Below, in pieces: positions 49,703-64,000 of a DNA stretch of 64,000 bases (within the stretch, counting starts at the first letter, position 1; every line of letters starts with the position of its first letter). The notes under the pieces are model-generated. The model made no database searches. It had not been told where the DNA came from and saw nothing but the letters and a program-made list of their open reading frames with translations. Location of the stretch: the NCBI GenBank assembly GCA_904063045.1, contig CAJFCJ010000002.1:2599891-2663890 (forward strand), read 5' to 3'. This DNA comes from Dimorphilus gyrociliatus. Lineage: Eukaryota; Animalia; Annelida. Made by a program: the position numbers and the translations under genes.

Positions 49703-50465
49703 ATGTGCGATATTGGAGATATTGTTCTTCCCGGCGATAAAATAGACAATTTTGTTCAGTCTAAAGGCAAAGTACTATTAGGACCTGGTTTACAAAGGGA
49801 TGGGGAAGAAGTTATAGCAGTAAGGCCAGGAATTTTTAAGTATCGCGAACCTAATATTTATTGGATTGAAAGTCATCAAAAAAGAGTAATATTTTCGAAT
49901 TTACTTGCACATTTCATTTCTCACTTTATAAATCAAATTTTAGTACGTCCCATCAAAAGATGAAGATGTAATTGGCGTTGTTACAAATGCTAAAGGGGAA
50001 CTCTTTAAGGTCGATATAGGATCTAGCGAGCAGGCCTCTTTATCCTACTTAAACTTTGAAGGAGCAACAAAAAGAAATCGTCCTGATGTGAAAAATGGAG
50101 ATTTAGTCTATGCTAAATTGTCTATAGCTGATAAACATGCTGAATGTGAATTGACCTGTGTTGATCGGGATGGTAAAAGTAAAGGAAAAGGATGCCTTCC
50201 AGATGGAGGCTTTATGTTCCAAGTGCCTCTACATTTAGCTCATAAATTAAGACATCCCGATTGTCCGTTACTTAAGTATATTGGCAAGGAGACAGCAATG
50301 GAAGTAATAGCAGCAATGAATGGTAGAGTATGGATAAAATCAAGATCAGCTAGGGAAACCATAGCAATAGCAAATGCTATATCAGCAGCAGAATTTTTGA
50401 ATTATGATAAAATGAAAGACTTTGTTGATAACTTCATGAATGAATTATATTTAGGATCGTCTTGA
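49703..50465 (+). CDS. EXOSC3: Exosome complex component RRP40, 234 aa
   Basis: Exons 49703-49885 and 49944-50465. Motifs: VLPGD..LGPGL, YVPSKDEDVIGVV, FKVDIGS.EQASLSYLNFEGATKRNRPDVKNGDLVYA, AMNGRVWI. Confidence 0.96.
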
Positions 50466-50874
50466 AAAATATTTATTTTCATTGTTTTTTATGTAAATGT
50501 AAAAAAGTATAAAATATTTATCTATACAAATGTATATTATTATATATTTTAAGATATATATCACAGCTTATTGATATTAAACCCACAACATCAAGTAACA
50601 CAACTAGCACTCAAACATAACATAAGAATATTAATCTATTCTCCCGCCATTTTTGTAACTAATTTAGTGAATGGCCATAGAGTATCCAATCATAATCAGG
50701 CTTTGAAATAAGCGCTATTCGGCCTATAGTTTCCTTAGCGACTAATCCAAACATATACGGCGTAAAACTAAACAATCTTATCCCGACTTGGAACGTGTCG
50801 ATTAAAACAAGAAAAGGATTTTAATTTTTGAATAAAGATTATTTTAAAAGTAAATAGAGGAATCCAGGATAATA

Positions 50875-52014
50875 ATGTATAAATTGGATTTACCACTTGA
50901 TCGAAAAGAGGCGGCTGCCATAGAGCGTCGAAGGGCTCAAGAAGAGGAGAGGAAGAGCCGAATTTTTAATGCCAAAACTCGTCTTATAGGTATTGACACC
51001 CAGGCTTTAGATTATCAAATTCGGGATAGACAGCAAATGACTACAATGGAAAAGAGAAGAGAGGAGGCTTTCGCTGCCGATGCCACAAGGAATGACAAGA
51101 TCGCTTGCTTGCTTCAACAAAGACAAGAACATGATCAGAGAGAACTATCTAAAGCGTTGAACGAATTTAGAAGTCTTCATCAACAACCTAATTCACGTAG
51201 GGAATGGGATCTTTATGATCCAGATGGACTTAGAAAAGATAAACCTGCAAGAGTAAACGATGATGATCCTCGCTGCGGAAGCTCTTCCCTTCAAAAGTTT
51301 GAGGGAGAAGATCTCAACAGTAAGGCCAGAAAAGGATTCCAACAGGAGCAAATGCGACACTGGAACGCCGAACAGGCGAGAGCTAGAGAACAAGCCGAAA
51401 AGAACCAGAAGAGAGCTGACTATCTTAATGATCTAAAGATGAGAGAGTTAGATAATAGAGCTGTTGAATTACAACAAGCTGAAGAAGCTTGCAGAAGAGC
51501 TATAAATTCGGCAACTGCTGATTACAATAAAGCTTTGGCTAACGAGAAAGCAGCCAGAGATGCTCTAAAACAAAAGCAAGATGAAGATGACAAAGCGACA
51601 GAAATAGCCAATCAAATCATGGGTGACATTCTGACCGAAAATCCTGCTGTTGCCCAGTCGGCCTTTGGAGCGCATAGAGTAGTACCTGACCGCTGGAAGG
51701 GTATGTCTCCCGAACAAATAGCTGACATAAGAAGAGAACAGGCCAAACAAATGGCAGACAAGAAAAGACGTGAAGACGAAGAACGTAGAAGAGATCAAGA
51801 GTGGGATAATCTTAGATCGGGTCAAGCAAGAGCTGGAGAATTGTTGGAGAGAGAAAAGGGAAGGAGAGAGGAAGATATTAGAAAACAAGTGTCTGATGAA
51901 AATCGTAGACTCGGCATGGAGCAAAATGCTCACAAAGAATATCTTGACAAGCACGTTTATACGAATCCTCCAACTGCCGCTTATTTTATGCAGTTTAATA
52001 CGACAACCCGATGA
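50875..52014 (+). CDS. RIB43A: RIB43A-like ciliary microtubule inner protein (RIBC1/RIBC2 family), intronless, 379 aa
   Basis: AAAIERRRAQEEERKSRIFNAKTRLIGID, REWDLYDPDGLRKDKPARVNDDDPRCG.SSLQKFEGEDL, VPDRWKGMSPEQ, YTNPPTAAYFMQFNTTTR*. Confidence 0.96.
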   Translation: MYKLDLPLDRKEAAAIERRRAQEEERKSRIFNAKTRLIGIDTQALDYQIRDRQQMTTMEKRREEAFAADATRNDKIACLLQQRQEHDQRELSKALNEFRSLHQQPNSRREWDLYDPDGLRKDKPARVNDDDPRCGSSSLQKFEGEDLNSKARKGFQQEQMRHWNAEQARAREQAEKNQKRADYLNDLKMRELDNRAVELQQAEEACRRAINSATADYNKALANEKAARDALKQKQDEDDKATEIANQIMGDILTENPAVAQSAFGAHRVVPDRWKGMSPEQIADIRREQAKQMADKKRREDEERRRDQEWDNLRSGQARAGELLEREKGRREEDIRKQVSDENRRLGMEQNAHKEYLDKHVYTNPPTAAYFMQFNTTTR

Positions 52015-54337
52015 AGAGTCTTCTTTACAATTGTACATTTTAATTATATCAACTAATATGTATGTCTATGTCGACGTCAGCTTATAATTATCATATTTGA
52101 AAGAACGATGAAGGGGAATTCATACAGTATTTGTAACTCTTTATATCACAATCCCTATTACAAATATTAGGTGTTGCAATATTTTTTAATCGGTAGATGG
52201 CGCTGTTTGTCCTTTCACATGAAATATTTAAAATTTCAAAAAAAAAATGAGAAAGAGATTGACTTTCACCCTGATTATCATTCTCTTATTTTTCTTAATA
52301 ACACTTTGCAATAGGATTTATTGTAGGCCTACACGATTTTATTTCAATTCTTTTTCAAAACAAAAGAAAAGCGGTTTGAGTTTTGAAGAAAAGAGATTTT
52401 AAACTGAGACAAAATGTCTACCTCGATGTTGGACGGACCTTGATCCCGTTTAGAAGCAGTGGTTCGTCACCGAAGCAACCCGTAAACTTTACGTCGTTCA
52501 TCGATTTCGCGAATCTGAATTTAACGCCTCTTGTTCGTTTCGTCGATGGTTTAGACGTTGAAGAAGCTGGCGTTCGAATTCCTGCTCGAGTTGTTTTCAA
52601 AGGGAAGACAACAAGAGATTACCCTGAATAAATAAAGAATGCAAACATACAAACAAAAGAGTATTCATATCTTCTTCTTGTCAATAATAATAAATTCATT
52701 TATAAATGTAGTGTCTTGTGAAAATCATTTCTATTATATTAGCCTATTTGCTTTGTTAACGATCCAGTCTAACTTGAATGAGTATTCATATACGGACTGA
52801 ACGGGGAGCCTTGTTAGAAGTCGGCCGTCGTCCTGGTAATTAGAGCGGCAGGTTGCCGTCTTCATGGTCTGGCTTAAACGGTTAAACGTTTGGTAGAAGC
52901 AAATAATTAAATATTGAACAATCGCCAACGAAGTAGGTAAGTTTGCATAAGAGTATCGTCACTATTTCCAGTCTATTGAGCATTACTACGTGCTTTGCAT
53001 TTCCTTTAAAAAGACCAATGGAAAATCTTTATTTAAAGATTTTTCTTTTATGTAAATATAATATATTAGTTATATAAATATAAATATATATATAATGTAT
53101 ATAGAAATATAGGTTTATTCTATCTAGTTAAGCTATTAAAATGGCTTAAAAACTGTAATTTTTAAAATAATGACGTTATAGACTAACGCTCTTTTGAGAA
53201 TTAAGAATTAACAACTATTCCAGACGGAATATAGATCAATAAGACGCGAACACGGGAGCGTTCAATCGTTAAATCCACTTCGAAATAGGAAAATTAGCGT
53301 CAATAGTTCACTTTGAAAACTATGATATATCGTTAGAAATGTTTAGTTTATACCTTTTTTTCTATCTAAGAACGAGACTAACCTTAAAAATTTTGTGGGA
53401 AAGAATTAGAGCGGGAGAGAGGCGAGAGAGAGAGAGAGAGAGACAGAAAGTTAGAAGATAGTGATATTTCATATATAACATATTAAAAATGATTACTTAT
53501 CAAGTACATTAGATTAATAAAACATATTGTATAATCATCCCATCAGATTAACGTGTAATTTTAAAAGCTTTCGATAACAAACAAATTATTAAATTCTTAA
53601 TATGTTAAATGGTAAATATTTACTAATCTTAGAGTAGTGTTCGGGGAACGTATCAATTCCTATTTTAAATAAATTAATTATAAGTTCTGAATAGAACATT
53701 GAGAAAGTGTATTCAGTCATTAAATCCCTTATAGATTTGTCTAATTACTGACGTTCTTTTGATAATTGGACAAAACTAGAAGGAAAGTTGTTAAAAACAT
53801 TTTTAATAGCTTAACGATAGATTAGTATGAATTTTTAATTTTTTTGTATTACAAATAGAGTTAAAGATTGACTAATATATTCAAAAAAAAACATTTTTTT
53901 TAAATATATTGTTCAACAATCAATTTCCTGTTTGAATAGACGGATTAATCAAGTATAATCAAAATGTAGGATAAGATAATTGAAAAAAATCAAATGACAC
54001 GCAGTACGGCTATTATATAATTGAAGAAAGAGACTTTTTTTTATCTAGGTCAAATAATCAATCAATGCGTCATAGAGTTAACTGGGAAGTTTTAATCCAC
54101 TTAGACGTTAGTTAGTGTTCAACGCTGGTAATTAAGAGCTTCTGAGAAGTGCTTTTCATTTAACTCCCTCAAGAAGAACAAATTTCATACGGTGTACCAT
54201 AGAAAATTTTTTGAGGAGGTGGTAGTTGAATAGGATAGAGAATTAGGAGTTTAAGCAAGTTTTTTATTCTTTATTAAAGTATTATTATTATGTATTTTTT
54301 ATTAAGATATACAAGCTAGTTGTTGACAGGGGTCGTC

Positions 54338-55123
54338 ATGCTTCTGACCGACCGCCGCAGCTCTAATAGTGACTATGGCTCGTGGTTTCACGAAACGTCG
54401 CCAAGGACATTTCGACGCCTTGGAGCTGTGAGCCTAACTGCTAATGCAGTTTCAACTGCAAATCCTCTAACTAGCGATCCAGTAGGAGAGAATTGGACTA
54501 ATGAGAAACATAGAAATAAGTTTGAAACATTCTTTAATAAGGTTTCTATTGGTGGAAGGGCGACAACGCCTTCTCTAGAAAAATTGAATAAATTTAGCGC
54601 CTTAAAATTGCAAAAGATCGAAAGACAGCCCACCCCACCGCCACCTTCATCCACTCCGGACCAAGAAAGCTCTGCTAATAGTGTTGTCTCCTCTTTACCT
54701 CCAACGAAAGCCGGTGATTTACTACAGAGGATGCAAAAGATGGTCTACGATGTACCTTTGCAACCGCGATATAATTCATTTGTTAGATCTTGTACAATGC
54801 CTGTAGATGATACTCCTGATAGACCATGGATTAATAAGAAAACAGAGGAACATACTCAGACACCTAAAATTCCAGCTATGACATTTACTAAACCAACCGT
54901 CAATAACTTGACACTCATTCCGTCAGCGAATGAAACATCATCAGAAACATCGTCTTTATGTGGTGGAAAGTCTATTTTGAAGAATGCTCGAAGAGATGCA
55001 AGACAAATTAGAGCTTTACATAAGCTTGCAGAATACGGGCAGGCAAATATCTTGCCTCCCCTCCCTCAGTCTTCCCCGTGGCAACGATCAAAGAAGAGAA
55101 AGAAAGTTACCTTTAATTTGTGA
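54338..55123 (+). CDS. Orphan, largely disordered protein (261 aa) with SILK and C-terminal RVxF motifs; probable non-coding first exon ending at 52936
   Basis: Long single-exon ORF. Acceptor gttgacag ends at 54329, 8 nt before the ATG; upstream donor gtaagt at 52937. GKSILK at about 54965-54982 and KKRKKVTFNL* at the C-terminus. Confidence 0.75.
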   Translation: MLLTDRRSSNSDYGSWFHETSPRTFRRLGAVSLTANAVSTANPLTSDPVGENWTNEKHRNKFETFFNKVSIGGRATTPSLEKLNKFSALKLQKIERQPTPPPPSSTPDQESSANSVVSSLPPTKAGDLLQRMQKMVYDVPLQPRYNSFVRSCTMPVDDTPDRPWINKKTEEHTQTPKIPAMTFTKPTVNNLTLIPSANETSSETSSLCGGKSILKNARRDARQIRALHKLAEYGQANILPPLPQSSPWQRSKKRKKVTFNL

Positions 55124-55745
55124 TTACATTCATCCTTCCTACTCTTTACTCCTCCCTTCTTTAATCATTCCCTCTTGATCAGTATTACTCTAGCTCTTGT
55201 TCCTTTTGTTACACAGCCTTTTTTTGAGTGTTCATGTACTGCACAACAAAATTTTGACCTATTAACTTGCCGATAGGATTATACTTTATGATTCTCATTT
55301 AAATCCTTGATAAATTGTGTACATATAAATTGTATAGAGACAAAATATCTCTCGAAAAATTATTTCTTCGATAAAACAAATATAGTAAAGGTCTACAAAA
55401 CAAATGTTTAAGGATCATTTCCACCATCTTTTCATTCAAATCATCGGATATTATCAATTCAAGTACAAAATTTTTGTACTTTGTTAAATGTGTTTTGTTG
55501 ATGTAATAGATGTCAATAATGAAAATGCGAAAAATGAGTCAATAAAATAAATTACTGGTTTGTTTAAGTAAAAAACGTAAAAATATCCAGATGCTCCCTA
55601 AGTCCAATCATTAACTATCATTAATAGTCAACGAACTTCACAAACTATACACAGAGTCTTTTTACAACATACGCGAACTGAACAATTTATCGGATAAACG
55701 AAAATCAATGAACACAGAAAGAAATGATAAGTTTTGAAGGAAGAG

Positions 55746-58700
55746 TTAATATTGTACAACGCCATCGCTTGGCATTAAATGCGTATCAGGAACATTGCTT
55801 AAGTCTAGGGTGACTACCTGACTTCCGACCATTCCTTCTGTAACTTCTAAATCTGGATAAATTCCAACCAGCGCATCAGCATGGGAAAAAAATTCTTCTT
55901 TCAATGAGATTACTATCATTTGAAAATTTGATTTCGCTTGTTCACATATATATCCCACGACTTTTGAGATGTTTGTGTTGTCCAAAGCTGCATCAATCTC
56001 GTCCAAAACAAAAAACGGTGCTGGTTGGAAAGAGTGAATAGCAAATAGTAAAGCAAGAGCCGCAACTGTTTTTTCTCCTCCTGATAAATTATCCATTGGT
56101 CTGAATCGTTTCCCTGGTGCTACGCAATTGTAGCTTATTCCTTCGAGATAGGGCTCTTCAGCATTTTCGGGTCCCAAGAAAGCTTGAGCACTCTGGTTTC
56201 TAGCTAATGACTTGTAGATTTCGTCAATCTTATTCGAAACATGTTCAAAACAGCGCATAAACCTTTCAAATCGTTCTTTTCGATAACGTTCAAAGTTAGC
56301 TTTAGACTTCTTAGCTTTCCTCCTGGCTTGTTCGAATTCCTCGTTGGTTTCATGCAAGCGTTCGCGAACTCCATCTAATTTCTCTACAGCTCGCATATTT
56401 GGGGCATTTATTCTTTGCAAATGATTTTGTTTGTCATTTACTTCTTTAATAAGAGCCTCCAGAGCTTTTTTTACGCCCTCTGGTGAATCTATGTCTCTAA
56501 AGTTCTTTGGCAGTTTCGAATAATTGATCACAATTCCGCTCTCTTGTTCGTACATACGCTGGGATTGTCTCTGTGACGATTCGAAATCCTCGGAATCATA
56601 AAGTGTTCGTAACGAGCCACTTTCAAGAGGTAAATCAATGTCTTCTAGTTTACAAGCTTGTAGCAGCGAATGGCGTTCAGATTTCTTTTGCTCCAGTTTG
56701 TTATCTAACTGTGCTATTATTTTATTCGTTTGTGCAGCATCTTTAAGAGCGTTTTGGACCTTTTTCCTAAGTTCTAAACCTTCTTCCTCCCCTTTATCGA
56801 TATCGGTTTTCAACTGAATTCTTTTGTTTTTTAACTCATTTTGCTCATCTTGCAACTCCTCTATGGTACGCAGGTGTTTCTTTTCATCTTTCTTAACTTT
56901 TTCAAATTCTTTGTCTAATTCGTTGATATTTTTCTTGAATTTGGCGACTTGGGCTGAAATCAAACGTGTTTTTATTGAAAATAGCAGTAAAAATATAACG
57001 GTTCTTTACTTTCAGCAGCATTATTATTTGAAACTTCAAAATCAATTTCGTTTTGTAACTTGGTTAAATGATCTTCATATTCGAGTCTCTTTCTGCTACG
57101 CTCTTCTTGTTCAGCCAATTCTCTTTCTTCGTAATCTCTATTTAAGAATATAACACTATAGTGTATAATTTTGTAATTTTATAATTTACCTTATATTTGA
57201 AACTCCAATCTGCTCGCAGAATTCGGTAAAAATCTCGTCCTCTATTCGATTACGCTTTTCTTTTACGCCCTGAATACGTTCGTTTCTTTTCTTCATGCGT
57301 TCCTCGATAATTTTGTACTCGGGCTAGAGAAATAAAAACTTTTGATTAGGTTTCTAAACAATTAAAGTTTCTACGTACGTCTTGCTTATCAAGTTCATCC
57401 CTGATACGTTCTATTTCTAAGAGGACGTTTGCCAGTGATTTATTTTGCTAAAAAATTATATTTTAGATTCAAGATTATGAATAAGTTTCTTGATACAACC
57501 GTTGAGTCCCGATCACTGAGAACATATCTCAATCTGGATTCCGACCCACGAATTTGTGTTCGTAGAGCATTAAGGTCACTTTCTTTCCTCTTCTTTTTTG
57601 TCAACTCACGATATTTATCGTTAAGCTTATCTTTATTATGCTTTAGTTCATTCATTAATTTTTCATCCCATCGTCGGGCTTTAGCTTTGAGATCACTGAA
57701 AAACGTTTTGTGACGCTTTGATTTCTAAAATTTTAAATTACAAAACAAGTATACCTTGCTCCACCTGAAATTGTTCCATTCTTTTGAAACATTGTACCGT
57801 CTAGAGAAACGGCTTGTTGACGATCTCCCCTCTGAAAGGCTACTTTTCTGGCATCATCGGTTGTTTCACATACCAAAGCGTTTCCACAAGCATATAATAG
57901 AGCCTTTTTAGCATAACTTTTTTCATATCTAATTACATCAAATATAAGTTTGACATTTTTAGGCTCAGTAATTTCTCGAAGTTTTTGATTAATTTCGTTA
58001 AATTTAAGGGAATCCAGCGGAAGAAAAGTTTCAGGCTCGAGACGCTGTTCTTTGAGATATTGAATACAATCTCTTGCTACTTTATTTGTATCGCAGACTA
58101 TAGCGTCCATATTTTTCCCCAAAACTTTGGTTACAGCAATTTGATACCTCTTATGGCTAGGTTCACAGAGATAAATCAATCTTCCGTGCTGAAAGGTGAA
58201 AACACATGTAATATCTCCATACTGTTTTTAATTTTTATCACTTACAACTCCCTGGAAGAGTCTGGTTAAATTCTCAATGACCTCCTTTTTCTTTGCTGCC
58301 CTGGAACTTTCATTTTTGTCAACTTTTGCTTGACCGAGTTGATCAATGACTTCTTCAAGATCTCTTTGAATAGTAGACATTTCTTCATTGACTTTTTCCA
58401 TTTCAGAGGCCATTTGTTGTTCCATTGTTCTTTGTTCGTCGAGTGTTTTTTGAGTTTGCCGAATAGTTTCTTCGAGTCTGTCTATTCGTTTACGAAGCTC
58501 TTCTTCTTCGTGTACCTTATTTTGTAACTTTAGCGCTAAGTCAGATTTTCTTCTCTTGTCATTATCCATTCGATCTTGATCGCTCTTTTGTTCTCTCATG
58601 ACAGAATCCATTTCTTGTGTGAGCTTAGTAGCTCTCTTTCCAGCCTCATCCTTCAACCTATGATATTCTTTCATTTGGCTCTCTTCGAGTTGCAAATTTT

Positions 58701-60184
58701 TTCCCACTCTCTGAGATTCCTCTTCTAGACGTTCTTCAAATTCTTGTTTTTCCTCTTCTACTTCATTTACTTGGGTTTCTAATTGTCTTATAACTTCATC
58801 TCGTCTTTTAATAGAATCCTGAGTTGATTTGAGAGATTTTCTGTTGATAAAGAAATATTTAATATCAACCTAAACAAGCTAATTTATTTCATACTTCGTG
58901 CTTTCTAATCTCTTATAGACGTGGGTCGTTTTTTCTTTGGCTTTTATGAAAACAGGTCGCTTTTTCATTTCTTCTGCAGCCTTTTCCTTAATTTGTTCAT
59001 CAATTTTTGCCATATCTCTTTGAAATACCCCAATTTCCTTCTTTTTATCCTTTAACTGATTCTCAATCTATAGACAAATTATTAGATTTATTAAATAGGA
59101 ACTGCAGACTTTAAATGACAAATTATACCTTTTCTCTCTTTTTGCTTTCTTTATCTGCTTGTTCGTGTTTTTTCCTTAGCTCTATATCTGTTCCATTTAT
59201 TTCTTGTTCATTATGATAGAGTTTAAAGAGATGAAGCTGTTGTTCTTTGACGTTGAGTTCCTCTCTTAGAGCTTGATATTTATCAGCCTCTTCTTTTTCT
59301 AATCTAGCTTCTTTACGTTCTTGCGCGATTCCTTTCTTTTTGTGATAATTTTGCTGAGTTTCTTCCTCAGCCCTGTGCATTTCTTGTTTTGCCTTATCAT
59401 AATCTTCCTTCAATTCCAATGATCTACTCATTTCTTCAAACATTGCGGTTCTTTCTTTTGCGTTTTTCATCGCTATATTCTCAACTTGTCCTTGATAAAC
59501 GAGAAAGTTCTTACTCTTCATTAAAATGCCGATTTTTTCTAAAGCCGTTGAATATTCCTCAACTTTAACAACTCGACCATTTATTCGATACTCTGACGTA
59601 TTTCCGATAACGCTTCTAGAAAATCTAATTTCATCGCCTGTGTCAGGATCTTCGTAAACAGCGCTAACTTCACATTTATTACTAGCTGGTTTTCCGACTG
59701 GAGCACCATGAATCAAATCCTAAATGTACGTAAAAAGAATATAATTATAGAAAGAATCAAGAAACAACTTTTTTCAGTATTTAAAACTGTTATTCAAACA
59801 TTCTATTCGAAAGTGAAAGGTGTTAATAGATTTTAGTCTATAGTAAACACAATTTTGTTTATTATTTGAGAAGAAATAACTAACCGAAAGACGTTTTACT
59901 CTCAGGTTGCTTGCTCTTTCTCCAAGAACAAAACTGATAGCATCCATAAGATTCGATTTCCCTTAAATCACAAAAAAAACGTTAAAATTTCAAGGCCAGA
60001 AGATTTATAATGATTATTTGCAAAGTTTTTCTTGGAATATAAATTAAAATATAGTTAATTTGTTGAAAAATTTACCCGATCCATTGGGGCCGATAATAGC
60101 GGTAAAATTCTTAAAAGGCCCTACCACTTGTCGACCTTTATAGCTTTTAAAATTGACTACTTCCAAAACTTTTAGTCTTCCCAT
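55746..60184 (-). CDS. SMC1: Structural maintenance of chromosomes protein 1 (cohesin), about 1,238 aa
   Basis: 11 exons: 60184-60076, 59961-59885, 59719-59129, 59067-58895, 58840-58246, 58188-57755, 57695-57497, 57447-57379, 57323-57190, 57137-57010, 56953-55746. Walker [20 protein letters not shown], hinge [24 protein letters not shown], signature LSGGEKT, Walker [13 protein letters not shown]. Confidence 0.98.
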
Positions 60185-60316
60185 AATTTCTTACTTATTT
60201 TTCTTAAACATTTAATTAAGATCGATCAGGAAAAAATCATATTGCACTCAATTTACATGAAATAAAGCCTTGGCGGTTTATATTCTACAACCACCATCAA
60301 TAGCTCCAATCTACTA

Positions 60317-60328
60317 TGCGCATGCGCA
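60317..60328. promoter_or_regulatory. Perfect NRF1-type palindrome in the SMC1/TMEM259 bidirectional promoter
   Basis: TGCGCATGCGCA at 60317-60328, between the divergent ATGs at 60184 and 60693. Confidence 0.65.
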
Positions 60329-60692
60329 TGGAGGGAAAACTGGACAAAAATCGTTTACTATGCGAGAAAAAATAACAACATTATAATCTTTTATTAATGT
60401 ATTAATTACAGACAGCAATCAATAAAAGTTAAGGGATTTGTATTTTTAAAAAATTCGTACGAAAATAGTGTGAATCGGAAGTAGATGTCAGTGTAATTTC
60501 ATAATAAATCTCTCAAGATCGCCAGACCTGCAAGCCAAGCCTGATTTAATACGTTTTAAATAATTTAATGTACATTTTACTCTAATAAATTTACAGATCA
60601 ATGGCTTAACATGAACAAAACTTCTTAAAATTTTGGTACTTTTAGTTTTTACAGCCTGTCTATCTATTTTAATAAGATTACTAATCTTTCAG

Positions 60693-64000
<3,308 letters not shown>

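Noticed and set aside
52383-52928. 60-82 aa ORFs on both strands between RIB43A and the PP1-motif gene
   Set aside because: Candidate splice combinations hit stops quickly; more likely promoter or UTR sequence.
51193-58527. Antisense ORFs over RIB43A and SMC1 exons
   Set aside because: Shadow ORFs of coiled-coil coding sequence.

Overview
AT-rich, gene-dense animal genomic DNA. Most introns are short GT-AG introns (about 53-85 nt), with a few of several kb. An innexin, BABAM1, RIB43A and an EF-hand MCC point to a compact-genome invertebrate; a lophotrochozoan such as the annelid Dimorphilus would fit, but that is inference only. By joining exons by hand across phase-compatible splice sites I can support: a cationic amino-acid transporter (5'-truncated), a two-LIM CSRP/MLP gene, V-ATPase subunit d, POP1, an innexin, MCC, LEPROT/Vps55, BABAM1, EXOSC3, RIB43A, SMC1 and TMEM259/membralin (3'-truncated), plus several orphan ORFs. 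The most striking result is that two ORFs listed separately in the ORF track, an ankyrin-repeat ORF (13.7-14.8 kb) and a ZO-1-like PDZ-SH3-GuK ORF (4.9-8.2 kb), join through two small in-phase exons into one predicted gene of about 1,636 aa. Its architecture is ANK-PDZ-SH3-GuK-(QQHQPQM)n-ETDL, a MAGUK arrangement I do not recognise. Other highlights: conserved MCC/USHBP1-BABAM1 and SMC1-RIB43A neighbourhoods, an orphan protein with SILK+RVxF PP1-docking motifs, an antisense gene nested in an MCC intron, two competing first exons of LEPROT, and strong enrichment of a CTCF-like motif. No transposase or RT, CRISPR array, rRNA or canonical tRNA was recognisable.
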